A stretch of 64,000 nucleotides of DNA from an uncultured Verrucomicrobiae bacterium (GTDB taxonomy: Bacteria > Verrucomicrobiota > Verrucomicrobiia > Chthoniobacterales > JAATET01), in NCBI GenBank assembly GCA_963719495.1, contig CAVRCI010000013.1, positions 416,001 through 480,000 on the forward strand. Reading direction: 5' to 3'. The notes beneath the pieces were generated by a model. The model worked only from the letters and a program-made list of their open reading frames with translations, was not told where the DNA came from and made no database searches. The position numbers were made by a program, and so were the translations under genes. Of this stretch, positions 58,885-64,000 are shown piece by piece (within the stretch, counting starts at the first letter, position 1; each line of letters begins with the position of its first letter).

Positions 58885-61800
58885 ATGGACGCCGCCAAAC
58901 TCTCAGCCCTGCACGACGCCTTGGAGTCCTTCGACGCCCAGACCTTGGATCGCGGGTTCGATTATTTCGATGCCGAGCACCTGAGCCTGATCGAGATCAC
59001 GACCGCGTCGATCTCCTGTGTTTCGAAAGGGAGCTCCCTCTACGACACGATCTGGAGATACCATCGGGGGGCCTGGAGCAGCGAATGCTCGTGCCCGGTT
59101 GGAATGGATTGCAAACACTCCGCCGCTCTGGCGATGGCAGCGATCGCCCGCCTCGAGTCGGCCGCCGCGGAGGAATCGCCGCCCAAATCCGCCCGCCCGC
59201 CAGCGGCGACTCCCGCCACTCTGGGTGCCCACCTGGAAGCCACCCTTGGCCGGAAGCTTCGTCAGACCGAGCAAAAGCGGGTCCGCCACCTCCTCGCGCT
59301 TCACGCCGAGCTCCGGACGCGATCGCAGAACACCGTTTACGACGACGAACTCGCCCGCGTCGGCATTTCCACCGGTCGCCGGGAACCCAGCTGGATCCAG
59401 GGACCCGCCTTCGCCGATTGGTGGGGCACCCCGCCCGCCACCCCGCTCGATCTCTGGCAATACCTCGCCTTCTACGCCGAAGAGCACGACCTGAAGATCC
59501 CCCCGCTCTTCCGTCCGGTCACCGAGACGTCCGGCGTCCGGGAAGCCCTGGAAAAGCGGCTTCTCGACGCTTCCATCGCGGAGTGGGAACAAAATCTCGC
59601 CGACTTCGCGCCCCCCATCGGCCCGCCCGCCACGGCCCGCACCCAGCGACTGCGCCTCCGACTGGACGCCAACCGCATCCGCTGGGAACAAAGCTTTCTC
59701 CCGGATCAATGGCGGGCCCTCAACGCGCAGGAGGTCCGCTCGCTGGCCGAAGGTGGCACCGACGAAGACGACGACTCCGTCAGCCTGCGCGATCCCGCCG
59801 CGATCCTGCTGCTTGAGTTCGCTCGCCGCATTCACGGCCCCTTCGACTACCAGCGGACCAATTACGCCCTCTCGCTTGACCGGGACGAAGACGCCGCCCT
59901 CCTCGGTTCCGCCCTCCGCCACCCGCTCACCCGGCCCTCCGTCGTCAACCGTTCCGGCGATCCCCTCGGCATCGCCGCTGAAGCCCTGCATTGGACGCTG
60001 CGAGCGGACGACTCCGCGCCCGATCAGCGGCTCGTCGCCACCCTCGTCGAACCCAGCGGTCGACCCGTCGAGGGCGGGACCCTCCTCCCCGGCAAGCAGG
60101 CTCTCCTCCTCCTCGGCGAGATGGCCCACCGGCTCCCGCCCCCGCTCGATCCTGACGCCAAGGCCCCCTACGGCCCGACCCGCATCCCCCGTGAAGCCCT
60201 CGTCCGCAACCCCCGCGCCGCCGCCGCGCTCGTCGCCGCCGGAGCCGATCTCCCCGCCGACCTCGTCCCGCGCGTCCGCGCGCTCGCGCTTGCGCCCCGC
60301 CTCGAATTCGAACTCACCGGCCCGCCCAATTCTCCCCATTCCCGCGACCTCCGCGTCAAACTCCTCGCCACCCACGACGACGTCCAACTCGCCTGGTGCG
60401 GACGCGATGGGTGGCTGGCCGACGGCAAAACCCCACCCGCCACCGACGCCGACGGCACCGTGCGCGACTATGCCATTGCCGCCGCCGACGAACTCATCGA
60501 CCACCTCGCCGCCCTCGGCCTCGGCTACTACGAGCGCGAGGACTGCTGGGGCCGCGCCTTCACCCGCAAAGCCGCCGACCGGCTCCTCGACTGGGCGCAA
60601 GGTCTTCCAGCCGGACTCGACATTCGAGCCAGTCAGGACCTCGCCCCGTTTTTCGCGCCCGTCGTCCGGGTCACCGCCGAATTTCACATCGAGGAAAACC
60701 CCAATTCTCCCGACTGGTTCGACCTCCGCGTCCAGCTCGCCGCCGGGGAGATCGAACTCACCCCCGCCGAACTGAAAGAACTCGCCCGTTCCGGCGGCAA
60801 GCTCGTCCAGCTCAAGAGCGGCCGTTGGATCCGGGCGGAATTCCAATCCGACCCCGCGCTCGAGGAGACCGCCCGCCGCCTCGGCCTCGGCGACCTCGAC
60901 TCACTCGGCGGCGAGACCGTCACCTGCCACGCCCTCCAACTCGCCGCCCAACCCCTCGACCACCTCCTCGACGAACGCGCCGCCGCCCGTCTCAGACGTC
61001 GCGCCGACGAGATCACGGCGCACCCGCCGCCACCCATCCCCGCCGATCTCCGCGCCGACCTGCGACCCTACCAGCGCGACGGCTTCGCCTTCCTCGCCTT
61101 CCTCGCCCGCAACGGCTTCGGCGGCATCCTCGCCGACGACATGGGCCTCGGCAAAACCGTCCAAGGCCTCGCCTGGCTCCTCTGGCTCCGGTCCCGCCTC
61201 CCCGAGCCGGACGCCTTCCGCGTCCTCGTCGTGTGTCCGAAATCCGTCGTCTTCAACTGGAGCACCGAGCGTGACCGCTTCGCCCCCACCCTGCCCGGGC
61301 GCAGCTTCGCCCCCGCCGCGACGACCGCCGGGGCCGAGCCCGGTCTCACCGTCGCGAACTACGCGCAGCTCCGGCTCAACGCCGATTGGTTCACCGCCCA
61401 GCGTTGGGACGCCCTCATCCTCGACGAAGGCCAGAACATCAAAAATCCCACCGCCACCACGACCCGCACCGCCTGCTCCCTCCTGGCGCCCCACCGCATC
61501 ATTCTCACCGGCACCCCGGTCGAGAATCGTCCCCTTGATCTCTGGAGCCTCTTCCAATTCGCCCAACCCGGACTCCTCGGCTCCCAAGCCTCGTTCCGCC
61601 GCATCTACGAGAACGCCACCACCGTCGAGCCCCTCCAACGCCTCCAGGCCCGCGTCCGCCACTTCATGCTCCGCCGCACCAAGACCCAGGTCGCCCCCGA
61701 CCTGCCCGCCCGGATCGAGGAGGATATCCTCGTCGAGCTCGACGGCCCCCAGCTCGCGCTCTACCGCGCCGAACTCAAACGCGCCCGCCAGCTCGCCCTC

Positions 61801-62430
61801 GGCATCGAGAGCAAAAGTGACTTCGACCAAGCCCGCTTCAACGTCCTCCAATCCCTCCTCCGCCTCCGCCAGATCTGCTGCGACCCCCGCCTCGGAGCCA
61901 AGGGCAACGCCACGGCCAAACCCGGTGCCAAGATCGCCCAGCTCCTCGAACAAATCGAGCCCATCCTCAGCGAAGGCCACCGCGTTCTCGTCTTCTCCCA
62001 ATTCGTCGAAATGCTCGGCTTCATCGGCGAAGCCCTCCGCGACCGCGGCATCGACCACCTCCAGCTCACCGGCCAGACCAACGACCGCCAGGCCCTCGTC
62101 GAGCGCTTCCAGTCCGCCGACGGTCCGCCCGTGTTCCTCCTCTCGCTCAAAGCCGCCGGAGCCGGCCTCAACCTCACCGCCGCCAGCTACGTCGTCCTCT
62201 TCGACCCTTGGTGGAACCCCGCCGTCGAGGCCCAGGCCATCGACCGCACCCACCGCATCGGCCAGGCAAAAACCGTCATCGCCTACCGCCTCATCGCCAA
62301 GGACACCATCGAGGAAAAAATCCGCGCCCTCCAGAACGCCAAAGCCGAAGTTGCCAACGCCATCGTTCTGGAGGAATCCCTCGCCAAAGTCCTCGACCTC
62401 GACAGCCTCCGCTACCTCCTCGCGGAATAG
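58885..62430 (+). CDS. SWIM-domain SNF2/SWI2 family helicase
   Basis: CSCPVGMDCKH; LRPYQ, LADDMGLGKT, DEGQ, LTGTP.EN, LRLRQICC, FSQF, GLNLT, QAIDRTHRIGQ. Confidence 0.93.
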   Translation: MDAAKLSALHDALESFDAQTLDRGFDYFDAEHLSLIEITTASISCVSKGSSLYDTIWRYHRGAWSSECSCPVGMDCKHSAALAMAAIARLESAAAEESPPKSARPPAATPATLGAHLEATLGRKLRQTEQKRVRHLLALHAELRTRSQNTVYDDELARVGISTGRREPSWIQGPAFADWWGTPPATPLDLWQYLAFYAEEHDLKIPPLFRPVTETSGVREALEKRLLDASIAEWEQNLADFAPPIGPPATARTQRLRLRLDANRIRWEQSFLPDQWRALNAQEVRSLAEGGTDEDDDSVSLRDPAAILLLEFARRIHGPFDYQRTNYALSLDRDEDAALLGSALRHPLTRPSVVNRSGDPLGIAAEALHWTLRADDSAPDQRLVATLVEPSGRPVEGGTLLPGKQALLLLGEMAHRLPPPLDPDAKAPYGPTRIPREALVRNPRAAAALVAAGADLPADLVPRVRALALAPRLEFELTGPPNSPHSRDLRVKLLATHDDVQLAWCGRDGWLADGKTPPATDADGTVRDYAIAAADELIDHLAALGLGYYEREDCWGRAFTRKAADRLLDWAQGLPAGLDIRASQDLAPFFAPVVRVTAEFHIEENPNSPDWFDLRVQLAAGEIELTPAELKELARSGGKLVQLKSGRWIRAEFQSDPALEETARRLGLGDLDSLGGETVTCHALQLAAQPLDHLLDERAAARLRRRADEITAHPPPPIPADLRADLRPYQRDGFAFLAFLARNGFGGILADDMGLGKTVQGLAWLLWLRSRLPEPDAFRVLVVCPKSVVFNWSTERDRFAPTLPGRSFAPAATTAGAEPGLTVANYAQLRLNADWFTAQRWDALILDEGQNIKNPTATTTRTACSLLAPHRIILTGTPVENRPLDLWSLFQFAQPGLLGSQASFRRIYENATTVEPLQRLQARVRHFMLRRTKTQVAPDLPARIEEDILVELDGPQLALYRAELKRARQLALGIESKSDFDQARFNVLQSLLRLRQICCDPRLGAKGNATAKPGAKIAQLLEQIEPILSEGHRVLVFSQFVEMLGFIGEALRDRGIDHLQLTGQTNDRQALVERFQSADGPPVFLLSLKAAGAGLNLTAASYVVLFDPWWNPAVEAQAIDRTHRIGQAKTVIAYRLIAKDTIEEKIRALQNAKAEVANAIVLEESLAKVLDLDSLRYLLAE

Positions 62431-62548
62431 ATCCTCGCCGCGCCCAGTCGCTCGCCGCAACCCGCACACCCCCCCGCACGCCCCGCACCCCCCCGGTTCG
62501 CTCCGCTCAGGATAACGCACTTGCGCCGCCCCGCCCTCAACCAAACCC

Positions 62549-62584
62549 ACCGATAAAATGTAACGGCCGTTACGTTTTATCGGT
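62549..62584. promoter_or_regulatory. 36-bp near-perfect AT-rich palindrome upstream of ispA
   Basis: accgataaaatgtaacgg|ccgttacgttttatcggt, one mismatch. Confidence 0.6.
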
Positions 62585-62681
62585 CAAACTCGCTGGGGGC
62601 GGCGGCGGGTCGGCGGCGGGTTGGGGGCGGTGGTGATGTGGGCTTTCAAACGGCGCGACGATCTGCCACCCTCCGCCCGCC

Positions 62682-63563
62682 ATGGAGTTGGAGCCCTACC
62701 TGCGCAATCGCATCCGCCGCGTCGACTCCGCGCTCGACCGATTTCTGCCCCCGGCGAAAACGAAGCCCGTCACCCTCCACGGGGCCATGCGCTACAGCCT
62801 TTTCGCGGGCGGAAAACGCCTGCGCCCCGTCTTCGCCCTCGCCGCCGCCGAGGCCTGCGGCGGTCCGCTCGAAGCCGCCCTCCCCGCCGCCTGCTCCGTC
62901 GAGTGCGTCCACACCTATTCGCTCGTCCACGACGACCTCCCGTGCATGGACGACGACGATTTCCGCCGCGGCCGTCCCACCGCGCACAAGGTCTACGGCG
63001 ACGCCGTCGCCGTCCTCGCCGGCGACGCCCTGCTCACCATCGCGTTCGAAATCCTCACCCACGCCACCCCCACCCCGCGCTACCCGATCGCCGACCAACT
63101 CCGCGAACTCACCGCCGCCGCCGGCAGCCGTCAGCTCATCGCCGGCCAGATTGCCGACCTCGAAGGCGAGGGCCGCGATTCCACGAAGGCCGAACTCCGC
63201 TTCATCCACGAGCGCAAGACCGCCGCCATGATCGAGGTCAGCCTCCGCCTCGGCGCGATGTCGGCCAACGCCACCCCCGCCCGCCTCGCCGCCCTCACCA
63301 CGTTCGGAAAAAATCTCGGCCTCGCTTTCCAAGTCATCGACGACATCCTCGACGTCACGCAGACGAGCGAACAACTCGGCAAAAGCGCCGGCAAAGACCT
63401 CGCGTCCGGCAAGACAACCTACCCATCCGTCATAGGCCTCGAAGCGTCGAAAAAAGAAGCGCGCCGCCTCACCCGCGCGGCCCACCGACCCTTGGAAGTT
63501 TTCGGCAAAAAGGCCGACCTCCTCCGAGCCCTCGCCGACCACCTCCTAGCCCGCGAATTCTGA
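62682..63563 (+). CDS. ispA: Farnesyl/geranylgeranyl diphosphate synthase
   Basis: GGKRLRP, SLVHDDLPCMDDDDFRRG, AFQVIDDILD, GKDL...KTTY. Confidence 0.95.
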   Translation: MELEPYLRNRIRRVDSALDRFLPPAKTKPVTLHGAMRYSLFAGGKRLRPVFALAAAEACGGPLEAALPAACSVECVHTYSLVHDDLPCMDDDDFRRGRPTAHKVYGDAVAVLAGDALLTIAFEILTHATPTPRYPIADQLRELTAAAGSRQLIAGQIADLEGEGRDSTKAELRFIHERKTAAMIEVSLRLGAMSANATPARLAALTTFGKNLGLAFQVIDDILDVTQTSEQLGKSAGKDLASGKTTYPSVIGLEASKKEARRLTRAAHRPLEVFGKKADLLRALADHLLAREF

Positions 63564-63674
63564 CCCACTCGATGTCGCGTCGGTCTATGACCGCCGCTGA
63601 CTTCCACGACAATTTTGCACCGAATAAATTTCCCCAAGCTCCCGGCGCTCACAGAGACGCCGCTACGGAAACGT

Positions 63675-64000
63675 TCACGTCACTGCCAGCGCCAGCGCCA
63701 GCGACACCACTGACAGCAGCGTGCTCAGCGCGATCGAGCCCGCCGCCAGCGATTCGTCACCACCCATCTGTTTCGACATGATGAACGCCGCCGCCGCCGT
63801 CGGACACGCCGCGAACACCAGCAGAATCCGCATCTCCACCCCCACGATCCCCGCCCAACTTCCGATCGCATAAGCGATCACCGGTCCCACGAAGACCTTC
63901 ACGATCGACGTCGCCACGATCGCCCGCCGATTCCCCACGAGCCGCAGCGAGTGCAGCGACCCGCCGATGCACAGCAGCGCGACCGGCACCGCCGCCCCAC
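63675..64000 (-). CDS. AEC (auxin efflux carrier) family transporter, 3' part only
   Basis: PVALLCIGGSL, K.FVGP, ACPTA...FIM..QMGGD..LAA..I..ST. Confidence 0.85.
   Translation of the reverse strand, partial: GAAVPVALLCIGGSLHSLRLVGNRRAIVATSIVKVFVGPVIAYAIGSWAGIVGVEMRILLVFAACPTAAAAFIMSKQMGGDESLAAGSIALSTLLSVVSLALALAVT

Noticed and set aside
56146..62430. UvrD plus SNF2 helicases as a defence island
   Set aside because: Host-like codon usage, divergent orientation, interleaved with purN and ispA; no nuclease or methylase.

Overview
High-GC bacterial chromosome segment, most likely Verrucomicrobiota. This is inferred from a PEP-CTERM protein, an H-X9-DG pseudopilin, a C-terminal 'FYRV' domain and the intergenic repeat families. 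Most of the window is housekeeping: hflX, an inverted-domain photolyase, a hemQ-pqiA-pqiA-letB-like cluster, folB, manA, pyrE, parA, ymdB, an amino-acid ABC transporter, guaD, phoBR, pfkA, fabZ-like, mnmG, cdd, pdhABC, ald, proA, bioD, asnB, uvrD/rep, purN, a SNF2 helicase and ispA. It appears to lie near the replication origin, with a DnaA-box cluster and AT-rich tract at about 24.9-25.15 kb and two parS palindromes in and next to mnmG. An accessory island at about 16.85-24.7 kb is built around a REP-associated tyrosine transposase (RAYT). Its 'GGACTGACCCC' repeats bracket two vapBC modules, a LamG/PEP-CTERM protein and, most strikingly, a lone contractile phage-tail/eCIS sheath homologue that has gained a signal peptide and a C-terminal extra domain, with no tube or baseplate genes nearby. 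A second IS cluster at 41.8-43.8 kb coincides with a reversal of strand skew. Many small repeat families sit between genes, and several have entered coding sequences. No rRNA, tRNA or CRISPR array was recognised. All calls come from motif recognition by eye; no searches were run.
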